A DNA stretch of 64,000 nucleotides from the human T2T-CHM13v2.0 reference genome, Homo sapiens. Position numbers and translations under genes: made by a program. Below, piece by piece: positions 13,437-27,960 of this stretch (position 1 is its first letter; every line of letters starts with the position of its first letter). The notes below the pieces were generated by a model, which made no database searches, was not told the DNA's origin, and saw only the letters and a program-made list of their open reading frames with translations. The DNA lies in NCBI RefSeq assembly GCF_009914755.1, contig NC_060925.1. One strand, given 5' to 3'.

Positions 13437-14044
13437 GTAGGAAAACATTCCATTTCTAATCTGTCGAATAGAGTAGCATGACTTGTTTTTATATTGGCTT
13501 TTATATCATCCTTGAAATTTGCACCCAAAGATATCCCCAGTTAACATCTGCTATAAACATGTAGATAGTATATATACGAGTACGCCTCTGTTCACTATGA
13601 ATTTATCCGAGTATGTGAGCTGTTAGCAGCAGACATTTTATCGTTATTTCTGGCTGACTTTTATACTTAATATCAGTTTAGTAAACATGGTTTACTTGGA
13701 GAGTGTCGACTGTGTTATATATCCATTTGAAGCCAATGCCGAAAACAGATGAAAAGTAGTGTCTCAGTACTACACATGATCAGAAACTACCAAATCATGA
13801 TCACGTTTATGTGTGAATGTGTTAGAAAATTGTGATGTAGTGAAAAAAAAGGAAGTCTGAAATGGAAACGGACTAAGGGAAGGAAGCATTTTACAGATTG
13901 TTCAACTTTTATTGAGGAACTACTGTATGCCAGAGACTTAGGATACAAAGATAAATGAGAAGTTATTGGTGGGTGACAGAGCTGGAAATAATTATATTAC
14001 TATGTCAGTGTTTATGTTGGGCTCAGATGCGGTGGGAGAACAGA

Positions 14045-14515
14045 TGGTGGGTTGGATTTTGTCCTCCAAAAAGATGTGTTCAAGCTCTAATTCCCTGGTA
14101 CCTGTGAATGTGATCTTATTTGGAAGTAGTATCTTTGCAGATATAATCAAATTAAAATGATAACTGGTTTAAGGTGGGCCCTAATCCAATGACTGGTGTC
14201 CTTATAAGAAGAGGGGAATTTAGACATAGAGACATACAGGGAGAATACCATGGGAAGACGGAGACAGAAATTGGAGTGATGCAGCTACAAAGTCAGGAGC
14301 ACCAAAGATTGTTGGCAACCATGCTGGCAACCACTGAGTGTTAGGAAGAGGCAAGGAAGGGTGCTTCCCTACAGCCTTCAGAGGGAGTGTGGTGGCGCTG
14401 CTGACACCTTGATTTCAGAAGTCCAGCCTCCAGAACTGTCAGAAGATAAATTTCTGTTGTTCTCAGCCATCCAGTTTGTGGTACTTTGTAACGGCAGCCC
14501 TAGGAAGCTGATGCA
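14045..14515 (+). mobile_element. MaLR LTR (MLT1C-like)
   Basis: Typical MLT1 motifs: ggtacctgtgaatgtgatcttatttgga ... gccatccagtttgtggtactttgt ... gcagccctagga. Confidence 0.75.
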
Positions 14516-16551
14516 GGTGGGATTGATTCCCCTGCTCCAGAGAAAGGACTGTTTTCACAGAAGAGGCGATGCTTGAACTGAATCTGAAGGGATCAATGTG
14601 GCTTCCCTTGGCAAGGCATGGAGTGAAGGTGGAGTATATCCCAAGTGGGGAGGACAGCACGTGACATGGCGCAGGGCTTATGAAACAACATGCCTTCTTC
14701 TCTTCAGGTACTTAAGCTACATTAGTAAGACCAGAACTTAGTGGTGAGGGTTGAAGCTGGCTGGACAGGCAGTTAGGAGTGAGTCAGGCGATGGTGAGCC
14801 TCCGTGCCAGAACAACTTGTAGGCTGTGGAAGCAACCGCAAAGGGATGGCAGCGGTGATATATATAGTTGAAAGATCACTGTCTGCTGTGTAGAGGATGG
14901 ATTGGAAGAGTCACAGAGGCAGGAATAAGAGGTTAAGGGCCTGCACCAGGGCTGTAGCAGAGAGTTTAAGAAGTCTGGGAGATTGAGTCACCTTGACCTA
15001 CTGATTCATTGGAAGGTGGAATGCAATCATGGTGTCAGTCCTCTAAGATAGGACCTTTAAAGTGTAGGGATAGTGGTTTGGTTTTACACGTGTTACACAT
15101 GTTGAATTTGAGGTTCTTGTTGGCGGTCAAGGCAGAGAAGTCCAGACTGGAGGTGGAAGTACAGGCCTAGTTCTTTAGGACCTACTCTGGGCTGGAGCAT
15201 CAGTTGCGGCCGGGCCCTTGTGGTAGTAGGAGCTTTGGGTTGAACATAAGTTTTCAGCAGGAGTGCGTGGAGTGAAAAGAGAGATGGGGTTGGATTTTTG
15301 GTCAACTCCAACTTTAAGAGATTCAGAGGATGTGATTCCTGAAAAAAGAGGAAAAAAAAGACCAAAAAGAATCAAACAGAAAGATGGTTGTGAACGTTGA
15401 GAAACTGGTATCAGAACAGAAGGAAGAGGTCTGCAGTACCTAGCTTTGACAGGCCTCATGGAGGAGGGGGTACTGCCGATGGTCAGGCACAGAGGAGAGG
15501 AGCAAAGCCTGCTGGGAAAAGATCATCTGAATGAAATAGTATGTGGTATTTGCTTTCCATCCACACATGGGCATTTTCCATTAAAGAGTGGAAATGTAAA
15601 AAGATATGTTAAAATTGACAGTGTTTCTTTGTCCCTTAACATGTGTATACTTTCAGATGTTTTTTAAAAAGCACTTTGGCACCTTCCTATTAAAGAGTCT
15701 CTCTAAATCTTCTCTCAAGTAAAAGGAAGCAATCAAAAATGTTCATTGGCTTAATTAATTAGTTTAATACTAATTATGAGTATTATGGACTTTTTTCAGA
15801 AGAAAATTTGGATAAGATAGTCTCCTATGCTTTTGATTTCTACCTTTATCAAAGAACATTGCTAAAATGAGTAGATACCTGAGTCAGTCAGCATTTATTT
15901 GGCTACCTCCTTTTGCCAAGCACTTTACATAGATTATCTCATTTAATTCCCATAAGCTCAATAAGGTGGCACCATTATTTCCATTTTACAGGTGAGAAAT
16001 CAGGTTCAGAGGATTAGCTTCTACCCAAAGTCATAAGACCAGATGGTGGCAGAGTTAAGATTTGACTCATGTTTGTGACTCAGAGCTCAAGATTTTGTAA
16101 CAACCTTGATACTCTGTTTCTCACTCAGCAGCACAACAAGGGCAAATACGTTCCTACTCCCGCAGAGACTAGTGTCCAATAGATACAGGGAATACATATT
16201 TTATTCAGTGCACACTAGTTGGGAATTGTTTCCTACAAAGACATGAAAACAATCTTCAAATACTTGCAGTACTGTGGTTTGGGGAGGCAAAATGATCAAA
16301 GGTATATATTACAGGGAGGCAGTTCTGGATATAATTTAAAGAAGGAGGGCTTTCAACATTTAGAAGCTGTTGGAATTAAATGACTTGCCTTGGGAGGTAG
16401 TGAGTTTTCCTTCACTGGAGTTATGTGGACCAACTGGCTGCCCTCTGGTGACAAATACAGAGGGAATTCATCCATTGGATAGGGGTTAGGTACTGGAATT
16501 ACTTGAGACCTTTGTATACTTTATGATTTCAAGGTGGCAGACATGGGTCAT

Positions 16552-16950
16552 TGTCTTAATCAGTTTGGGCTACTATAAGAAATATATTTTAGACTGGGTG
16601 GCTTAAACAACAAACATTTAGTTTCCACAGTTCTGAAGACTGGGAAGTCCAAAATTGTGGTGCAGTCAGATCTGGTGTCTGGTGAGAGCCAGCTTCCTGG
16701 TTTGCAGGCCTGCTTTCTGCTCTCACATTGGAGAACAGAGGGAGAGAAACACAGAGAGAGTGTGTGCTCTACTTTCTCTCTTCTTATAAGGGCACTCATC
16801 CCATCGTGGAGACCCCACCCTCATGACCTCATCTGAACCTAATTATCTCCCAAAGGTCCACCTCCTGATAGCATCTCACGGTGAGAGGGATGGAGCCGGG
16901 AAGGTTTCAACATGTGAATTTGAAAGGGACACACATAATGCAGTCTGTAA
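16552..16950 (-). mobile_element. MaLR LTR (MLT1A-like)
   Basis: Similar to the 856-1225 element (tgtctta...gggaagtccaa...gtgtctggtgag...gggacaca). Confidence 0.7.
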
Positions 16951-17279
16951 CGGGTCAAATGTAACCTCAATAAAATGAGTAAATTGCTACATTTGCTTGA
17001 ATTTGGGACCTTTTTTTCTTTCTTTTTTATTTTAGTAAATGTTTTTATTGATAAATGATTCACATACCATAAAATTAACATTCTTAAAGTGTAAGATTTC
17101 ATGGTTTTTAGTATATTCAGAAGGTTATGCAGCCATCACTACTATCTAATTCCAGAAAATTTACTCATCCGCCAAAGAAACTCTGGACCTATTAGAAGTC
17201 ACTCCCCATTTCCCCAAACCCTCTAGTGCCTGACAACCTCTACTGTGGGAACTTTAACTTTTGGCTTTATTTTTCACAG

Positions 17280-17355
17280 CTCTCGTGGCATTATCCTTCA
17301 GTGGGGCTATTGGACTGACTTTTCTTATGCTGGGATGTGCCTTAGAGGATTATGG
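17280..17355 (+). CDS. LEPROT: LEPROT exon 2 (shared with the LEPR 5'UTR)
   Basis: ttttcacag| acceptor and TGG|gtaagt donor; 76 nt; (A)[24 protein letters not shown](G). Confidence 0.96.
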
Positions 17356-18690
17356 GTAAGTTATCATTTCAAAAAGAACTATTCCTCTTTCTGTGTCTTT
17401 GTCACTATTAGTATGGGTGTTAGAGAGTTCGGTCAATTTAGCACCAAGTTCTAACCAGTGAGTTAGTGGAGCCCAGTTTATGAACACAGTCCCTTTGTGG
17501 GTCAGGTGTACTTTTGCAGAGGGCTCTGTTAAAAATTGATGTATTCATTCCATAAGCATTTGTTTAACACCTACTCTGGACTAGCTGGGGACACACAAAT
17601 GAAGAGAGAGTCCTGTCCTCAAAGAGGTAAAGTTCTAGTTGTGAGTGAGAGACAGGCAAACGGTCTAGTCAGTAATCTGGCAGCTGCAGTGGAGATGCCA
17701 GCACAGTACGCTGGAGCTCGGATAAAGTGCACCTGAGTTTCAGTGGGACAGTCAGGGAAGGCTGCATGGCAGAGGTTGTATCTGAGCCAAGACTAGGTGG
17801 ATGAATAAGAGTTTTTCAGGGTGATGAGTCAGGGGAGGACATTCCAGGCAGAGGGAACATTCTACACATTTTTTCATTCAACCATTGTTGGTTGAATGCT
17901 TCCCATGTGCCAGCTACTGTTATGGGAACTAGGGATTAAGACATAAGAAAACAAAGGTCCTGCTCTCTCAGAGTTTGTGTTTCAGTGGGGGAGACGGACA
18001 GTAAACAACAAAAGTATGCATACTGTCAGAGGTAGAAATGGTACAAAAGATGAAGAGCACAGAAGCTGGGAAGACAGTGGTCAGGGAGGGCCTCTCAGAG
18101 GAGGTAAAAAGTGAGAAGAAATGTCAAGAAAATCAGCAAGCAGGCCATACAGATCTCTAGGGAAAAAGCACTTTAGGCACCAGGAAAGCTGTATGCTAAG
18201 GCCCGGAGACATGAAAGTGTATATAGCCTTTTCAGGAAACCACACATGGTACATTATGGTACAGCATAAATTGTAGTGGAGTGGCAAAAGAAGGGTTAGT
18301 CAAGAGTGTAAAAGTCAGCACTTAGGGCTCTATATGCCTGCCGTGTAGAGGAGGTTCCATTTTATACATCAGACAATAGAACCTGGGAAAATATCTTGAG
18401 AATGGGTTTGGAGGAGGGGGTTATGTTAAAATGTCATTCTTGCCATAACGTGAGACTAGATAGGAAAGAGCTGAGACTGCAGTCAGGGAGAATAGTAGGG
18501 GACTACTATCATAAATCAAGCAAAATTGAGGGCTGGGGCAGTAGGAATGGAAAGAAAAGGAGAGTGAGTTAGGAAACCAAACCAACCAACAGGTTTTGTT
18601 CATCGATGTCAGGATTCAACAAGGAGGGAGAGTTCTTAGATGTCTCCCAGGTGATTGGCTTGAACAACTAGATAGAAGATGATGTGATTA

Positions 18691-19021
<331 letters not shown>

Positions 19022-19237
19022 TTATTATGACAGTGATGAATTCAAATCCATCACCGCAGTCCTGGCCAACTATTACAGAAATTGTTTAAACCCAAGAGGG
19101 ATCCAGATATAAGCGGTCACTTATATTTGTTTAGAGCCTTCACAGCAATTACTTTATTCTAGCTTTTGGAATGTAATAAGGTATTATTATCCTCATTTCT
19201 CGCTGGGAAACCAAAGCCCAGGGTAGTTAAAGACTTA

Positions 19238-19618
<381 letters not shown>

Positions 19619-19914
19619 CTATTCCACAACCAACTGTAAATCTAGGAGTTTTAATTCTCTGTGATACACTGTCTTTGTAAGGTAAGAAAATGACTCATTA
19701 CTGCTACTACAAATAAGTTTGTTTTCTATCTTTATTTTAATTTTTTGTTTTTTAGAGATGCCACAACACCCAGCTGATTTTTTTTAGAAGTTTTTGTAGA
19801 GACCGAGTCTCTCTGTGTTGCTCAGGCTGGTCTTGAACTCCTGGCCTCAAGTCATCCTCCTGCCTTGGCCTCCCAAAGCTGTATCTTGATAGTGAACCAG
19901 GATTATCATCTATA

Positions 19915-20140
19915 TTGGAAGTCAGCAAACTGCCACATATAACCTGCTACCTGTTTTTGTAATAAAGGTTTTATTGAAATACAGCCATGCTCATTTGTTT
20001 ATGAATTATCTTTGGCTGCTTTTGCATTGCTCTGCCAATTATCTTTGGCAGAGTTGAGTAGTTGAGATAGTCTTTATGGCTTGCAGATCCTCGTTATTTA
20101 CTCTTTGGCCCTTTATAGAAAAAGTTGGCCCACCCCTGGC
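19915..20140. mobile_element. hAT-Charlie MITE (MER58A-like)
   Basis: gtcagcaaac ... cctgtttttgtaataaagg ... tggccctttatagaaaaagttggcccacccctg. Confidence 0.65.
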
Positions 20141-21835
20141 CTATGTATTTATTGAATTGTATATATTTAATATTTACATTTTATATATAAACAAGGTTTC
20201 TTGTACATTAATATTTCTCTTAGTTGGATATCGGTGGCTTACTATGAATGAAAACATAGAGTCAGATTGTTTTTCACAAAACTGTCACTGTATTCCAGGA
20301 AAAATTAAGAGTTCTTGGCTGTGGATATGTAAGGTGACATATCTATTCCAAACCCCTTCGCCTCTCTGTGTCTCCTTTCTCACTGTTGAAAGAAGGGCTT
20401 TGAAGTAGAGAATGTCTAAGGGCTACTTCCCACAATATTGTTTGGTGATTCTTGAAACATACTATCATCCCTCTAGTTTAAAATCAGGGGTCCAAATCCA
20501 CTGTTTCCATCCTGAGTCCTCTTGAAGGACACATTCCCTTCTTGCCTTTTGGTTGCCTAGATCTGTGGCTGGAATGGGAGGCTTTCATTAGTGTGGCTTC
20601 ATCCCAACTCCTGCTTGTAGGTGCTGTCTGGGCGTATCTGTGTGATTACAGTATTGTGGTGATATGAATTATTGTAGTGTATATATAAAAATGAGCAGAG
20701 ACTTTTTTTTTCTTAAGAAATGAAGCATAAGAAATGTCTGATGGAGAAAAAAAGATTATTTTTGAAGTACTGATAGAGAAAATACTGTTGGAAACCAGAT
20801 GGCAATTTTTTTTTTATAATTGCAAAATGTTGAAATTTGGGAGGAAAACAGTTTTGTTTTGTTTTTGCATTACACTATTAATTGTGAGCTCTTATAATGA
20901 AGATCAAAGTACATCTAAGCTTTTCACTAGTGAGCATATTTATTTTCATGCCTTCCGTACTTAAAATTTATTTATTATTTTATTCATTTAACAAGTATAA
21001 ATGGAGTACATCATTCTAGGCCCTGGAGATAAATGGCGTTTGATCAAGACTAATCTATCAGATGGGAATAAGTGTTGTGCAGAAAGTTCAAAGAGGGTGG
21101 TATGTTCGAGGGTGACCTGGGGTACATTAGAATAGATGACCAGGGAAAGTTCTGCTTTTAGAAAGGAATCTGTCAGTTTAGATCACATGGTATGAAGGAG
21201 TCAGCCAATGAGAAGATCATGGGGAAGGACATTGCAAGCAGGGGGCACAGCTAGCGCAAAGGCCCCAGGATAACAGCTATGAGCTCAAGAGTGTTCAAGG
21301 GACAGAAAAAAGGCTGGTGTGGCTACAGATTAAGCAAATGAAGGGAAAAGAGTACAAAATGAATGGAAGAAGTAGATAATACCAGACCATAAAGGCTTTG
21401 TAGGCTAGGGCAAGGAATTTGGGGTTTATTCTAAGCTCTTAAAAGGTTTCAAGCATGCGTGCACTCAAAAGATCTTTACCGAACTAGCTTTTGCAAGACA
21501 CTCTACTATGTTCTATAGGGAAGGCAGAAATGACCAAGTTAAAATTCTGTCTTTGAAGAAATTGTGGCTCAGTGGTACAGAAAACAGTAAAGTTTCTAGG
21601 GTATATATTATATAGTGGCTTCTTAACACAATATAAGCTACCTACATAGTAATTTTAAAATTATCACTACTTATCTATCCCTGGTAGAAATCATCTTATG
21701 TTCTAATATTCACAATTAATTAATTTTTTGACCTAAACATTTAAAATAGCAATGATTTTGAAATAGTAGTATGTCTTTCATTTAAAATGTAACTGTTACT
21801 TTTCTTTTTGGATTTTGCCTGGGTCCAACTGACAG

Positions 21836-22022
21836 CGTTTACTGGCCCTTATTCGTCCTGATTTTCCACGCCATCTCCCCCATCCCCCATTTCATTGCCA
21901 AAAGAGTCACCTATGACTCAGATGCAACCAGTAGTGCCTGTCGGGAACTGGCATATTTCTTCACTACTGGAATTGTTGTTTCTGCCTTTGGATTTCCTGT
22001 TATTCTTGCTCGTGTGGCTGTG
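21836..22022 (+). CDS. LEPROT: LEPROT exon 3
   Basis: ctgacag| acceptor and GTG|gtaagt donor; 187 nt; [62 protein letters not shown]. Confidence 0.96.
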
Positions 22023-23776
22023 GTAAGTTTTATTTTCTATTGTTTTGCCCAACCGTTGCTGAGTTTACTTCAGAGGCCTGTGTCTGGGACCTCCATTTCA
22101 TGCTCATTACTTAGGCTTTATACTCAAGGCCGTGTGTTTTTAGTTTCTCTGTTCCTCTACTTTAGACCTGCCTAACAGTAGTTCGGCCATGCCTTCAGAG
22201 TGCTTTCTTTATTTCTCTTACAACTTTTAGCCAGACGATATGATTTCTTACTTTTTCTACTTTAAGCTATTCTCTGGAATTGTTCTTAAATTCCTGCCTC
22301 TTAAATCTTACAGTAATCCACAGATACTATGCTAGCAGTACTTTTCTAGTTGCAAGATGAAGATATTTCAAATTCTTCTCCTGCAAATGGGATCATGGAC
22401 TCAACTCTCAACTCAGTATAATAGGTATATGTTGAGGGACAACTGTGTAGCTTCCAGAAAATGCAGTGAATAAGTTGACATCTTCACTTCCAAGACAAAA
22501 ACTTTCTTTTTGTCTTCAGAGTACACATTGTAGGTATAATTTATTCAATTATTTGCTATTCACTGTCTTTCCTACTATTTGATTTTATTCCCTCCAATTA
22601 CGTTCTATTTTAATTTTATGAAACTCTTATTTGAGGCATTGAATATCAGATAAGCGCAAGTCTTGTTCATTCAATAAATATCTTTGCAACAACTGCTACT
22701 TGTAAAACACCAGAAATAAGAAATAGGTACTGTCTCTGCTCCTGAGGAACACAGAAACTAGCTTGCTGGGTAAGTATACTATAAGTGTACTAAGTGAGAC
22801 GGTTGAAGCATGATCAGAATGCCATAGGGGCACCAAGAAGAGAGAAATTCCGACTGGCATTTGATATGGGCCTCTAAGGATAAATAGCATTTGTATTGAG
22901 GTAGGATGGCTGTTGTATGGAATGACATTCAAGTGTAAGAATGCAGTATATAGAATAAAGAAGAATCCAGTGTGGTAGAGCTAAAAGAAAGTTGTTGAGG
23001 TTAAGGCTGGAAGGGTTGTGAAACCTGATTAGCAATGGTCTTGAACCCCATGCCAGTTTGATCTTTGTCTAGATAATGGGGAAAGATTGAAGGTTTTTGA
23101 ATACAACAAGATTGTCATGACTTTATTTTTCTTGTGCTTTAGACCAGCCCTTCTTAAGTGCTGCAGTAAATATTTATATTTTTTCCTTTCAATACTGCCA
23201 TCATATTTTGTGAAGAAACTTTCATTGATGTTTCTCTTGCTTAAAGTAAAACAAAAAATGCCCACTAGAGGGTACTCTCACCCCCAAATGTGCTTCTGTA
23301 AAACCATCTACAAACCATCTACTAAGCTGGAAAGCAGTTTTCAGTTGTATGAAGACTATTATTTAAAGTCTTTTCTTGCCTAGAAAAGAAACACACAAAT
23401 TTATAACTCTACAATTTTTATTTTCCATGAAAGAAGTTGATGTGTGCAGAACTTTCAGTACCCAATATTGTAATTGCACTATTTATAATCTTACCACTTG
23501 AGTTTTACTTAAGGCAATCATTGTCAATTAAAAACAAGTAGAGAAATATGTCTAATTGGGAACATGTTAAGGATGATACCAGACTTAATTAACAAGCATC
23601 ACAGAAGTAATTAGACTCATTACTGAACAGTTCATTGTCTCCTGTTACATTATTAAGCCTTTTAGCAGCTTTGTGTAACATTTCATTGGATGTTTCTAAT
23701 GCAGAAAATAATAGGGATTGCAAAGAGTACAATATGAAGGAAGTAAGGATTTAATCCTTCTTTTCTTGTCTTTCAG

Positions 23777-23893
23777 ATCAAATGGGGAGCCTGCGGCCTT
23801 GTGTTGGCAGGCAATGCAGTCATTTTCCTTACAATTCAAGGGTTTTTCCTTATATTTGGAAGAGGAGATGATTTTAGCTGGGAGCAGTGGTAG
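23777..23893 (+). CDS. LEPROT: LEPROT exon 4, coding part
   Basis: tttcag| acceptor; [38 protein letters not shown] then TAG. The four exons sum to 396 nt = 131 aa plus stop. Confidence 0.97.
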   Translation: MKWGACGLVLAGNAVIFLTIQGFFLIFGRGDDFSWEQW

Positions 23894-24299
23894 CACTTTA
23901 TTCTGATTACAGTGCATTGAATTTCTTAGAACTCATACTATCTGTATACATGTGCACATGCGGCATTTTACTATGAAATTTAATATGCTGGGTTTTTTAA
24001 TACCTTTATATATCATGTTCACTTTAAGAAAGACTTCATAAGTAGGAGATGAGTTTTATTCTCAGCAAATAGACCTGTCAAATTTAGATTATGTTACTCA
24101 AATTATGTTACTTGTTTGGCTGTTCATGTAGTCACGGTGCTCTCAGAAAATATATTAACGCAGTCTTGTAGGCAGCTGCCACCTTATGCAGTGCATCGAA
24201 ACCTTTTGCTTGGGGATGTGCTTGGAGAGGCAGATAACGCTGAAGCAGGCCTCTCATGACCCAGGAAGGCCAGGGTGGATCCCTCTTTGTGTTGTAGTC

Positions 24300-24447
24300 C
24301 ATGCTATTAAAAGTGTGGCCCACAGACCAAGAGCCTCAACATTTCCTAGAGCCTTATTAGAAATGCAGAATCTGAAGCCCCACTCTGGACCCAGGACATT
24401 TTGATGAGATCCAAAGGAGTTGTATGCACATGAAAGTTTGAGAAGCA
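24300..24447. mobile_element. MER5-like DNA transposon remnant in the LEPROT 3'UTR
   Basis: aaagtgtggcccacagacc ... ttagaaatgcagaatct ... tgcacatgaaagtttgagaagca. Confidence 0.6.
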
Positions 24448-27262
24448 TCATCATAGAGAAGTAAACATCACACCCAACTTCCTTATCTTTCCAGTGGCTA
24501 AACCACTTAACCTCTCTGGGTGTTACCTGCTCATTTGTTTAAAAAAAAAAAAAGTCTCACCTGCTTTCATGCTGAGGACAAGTTCAGATGTTCAAGCCTA
24601 TAATATTTAGGCAGTTCCTCAAATTTATGAAAAGTGTTCTCAGAATTGGGAGACAGTCAAAGGGTACAAAGCCTCAGTTAGGAGGAATAAGTGTGATTTT
24701 TTTTTAAAGATCACTTGCACAGCATGCTAAATATAGGAATAATTGAATGTATATTTCAATATTGCTAAGAGAGTAAATTTCTAATGTTCTCATAAAAAAG
24801 TTAAATATTTGAGATCATATGTTAATTAGTGTAATCATTCCACCTTATATTCAAAAATCATAAAACCGTATTGTACCCTATAAAAATATACAATAATTTG
24901 TCAATATATAATCAAAATAAAAAACAAAACATACTCTCTCCCCCAAAAAAACATCTCAGTGGGGAACAGATGTATCTTTTCATCTGAAAGACAATGCTGG
25001 GGGAAGAGCTCCACTGAGATGCGGGCAGGGAGGCTGGGCTCGAGCCAGCCCCTGCGTTAGCAGGAGGGGGAGAACAGATAGGTAACTCTTTTACATTTCC
25101 TTTATGATCTGGCACTTCTCCCCAGCTCCTTCCCTCTGCCCCCCACCCCTACTCCTCAACACTTCTGGTTTGCCCTGACTTCTCTACGGCTCTGGCTTCT
25201 TCCCGAAGAGATATAGGAGCCATGTAAGCACGCAGTGGGTGAACTGCTTAATTTCACTACATGTTGATGTACTTGTCTTCCGTCCTGTAGGTCTTTTCTA
25301 TATAACTTTATGCCACCCTTAAATGAATCATTGGGTATACCTGTCATGTTGGATCCTGTAATCACAGTTTTCCCTGCTCACCTTTTTGTCTAAGATCTAT
25401 TGAGAAAGGGAAATATGGGAAGGAGAACCATTTGATCAGAATACAACCAATAGTCTTTAAGCATTGTTAAAGTATGAAACTGAAATACATTCAAAACACT
25501 TAATCCTTGAGGCTTGTGATCTGAGTAATTAGCAGGTATGATGCTGGGACTGGAAAATAGAAAGTAATAACTAAAGGGTTAATGTGCAACGTTATTTTTT
25601 GGCCTTGTTCATGATTTTATGTTTTCAGTGTCCTGTGTACATATAGAATTGTTAAAGTTGTCATTTCCAATATTTATATTAGAAAAATTATTTAGATACT
25701 TTATAATTTTAACCGGCATTTTTAATAATGACACTTGCATTTATTGTATTGTAATAAATTTCACTTTTAACTTTAAAAGTTTAACTTTAAAATTTTTTTG
25801 TGATGTTGCCTTGCCTGAAAAGATAACAAAAATGAGAGAATTTCTTGATGTTTTAAAATGGGCAGTTTTGAGCAATAATCTGTCCTAACAGAACAGTAGC
25901 AATAAGTTTTAGGATACCATCTTGAATGTCTAGTTGGTGTGCAATAGCTTTTCTTTCTAAGATGGCAATAATGATTCATTTCTACTACATTTTGCAAAAG
26001 TGTTTTTGTTGCTTATACACATTTTCAATAACCAAGGTAGCCTTCATATGTAGCCTTAAAGCATTACCTCTTGATTGTATCTTTAGATTGATATAAAGTA
26101 CTTGCATATAGAGTATTTGAAGTGATAGATTATTAGATTTGCTCTATGTCTGAAAAGAGAGCTATTCTGCAGTGCCTAAATATCATTTAAACAGTAAATA
26201 TTAATAGGAAATATTGCTATATCTGAATATATAATACAAAAGTTTGATCATGGTGACACAAATGTTGGACATTTTTTTCCTTATAAAAGGCTCTTTTTTT
26301 ATATATTGTACAATATATTTGGAGATTCAGAGCATAGTGACTATAGTCGAAAACTGAGATTGCACTTCCAAAATTGGCCACAAGTAAATAATCTTATGAA
26401 GGGATTCTTTATCATGTTTCAAACAAGTGGGTTACAAGCAGACTTTGAGACACTTTTCCACAGAAACAATACTATGAATTGGTGATTGAGTTCCCAGGCC
26501 AAGCCTCCCTCAACAGGTTCAACTCTAATATACCTAACCTGTGATACTGAAGGTGCCTGCCTGAGTTTTGGGTCTCTGAGACAGGGTAGTGTGAGTAGTT
26601 TGGAGGAAGGACAGTGCAACTTTCCACCCCTTTTCCTAAGAACAATGTCTTTCTCCTTTTAATTTTTCCACTCATTTTCACCTCCTAATGCCCTTGAGAT
26701 CCAGGTACACTCCTGGGAGTTTTGTTCACCTCTCCCAACTGAGAACCTTCCCACTGGGCTCCATCCTCCCTCCTGAGGTTCTTCATATTCCAGAGTCACC
26801 CACCCTTCTCCTCCCATTAGTCAGTTCTCTAAGTACAGCTGATGTCATGTGGTGCTGAGAAGAAAGCAGATCACACTTCATCACAGAAAGAATGCCTTGT
26901 GATTATCTTCTCCACATCTGAAATTCCTTTTGACACCTGCATTGGGCCGACTGCCATTCCCATGACTGCTGCACCTGCGTTTTTAGAGAATGCCTCATAA
27001 CCCACTGATTCTCATTCACAGAGAATGGGAGAACGGAATGAAGAAAGATTCCAGCAGCTTATAGAAGGATAGCAATATTTTGGGACAGGGAAAATCCTGT
27101 CATACCTCATCTCTTCCTCAGGAGGAGTTCTGAGCTGGTCCTGCTTTTCATAGTTGTTTCTTTTCTTCCACTTAAGAACTCATAGATTTTTCTTACTGTC
27201 CTAAGGAAGTCCTTACCTCTGAGGTATCTCCTCAATGAATACTGTTTTCAAGGCTGAAATAG

Positions 27263-27639
<377 letters not shown>

Positions 27640-27954
27640 AAAATGTGCCTTTGCAAAGTTTGCGAAATCAGATTTTGTATCCCAATAGAACCAAAATATT
27701 TATGAGGATGCTAGCATTTTCCAAGCATAGTAATTAGTTCACAACTGAGAAATATTATGTCTGTAGTAGATAAATATTAGTTGTGCATTTTAATTTAATT
27801 CTCCTTTTTCCATTTTGTCTCATGAAGTACCTTATTGCAAAAATCCCACTGAGTAATAGCTCATAAATTATAATCTTTCAAATAGCCATGCTACCAGCGT
27901 ACAACAGTGATACATGTAACCCCAAATGTGATGTGAGAGGACGATTACTTTGTA

Positions 27955-27960
27955 AATAAA
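27955..27960 (+). terminator. Probable distal LEPROT polyadenylation signal
   Basis: AATAAA with U-rich downstream sequence. Confidence 0.65.
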
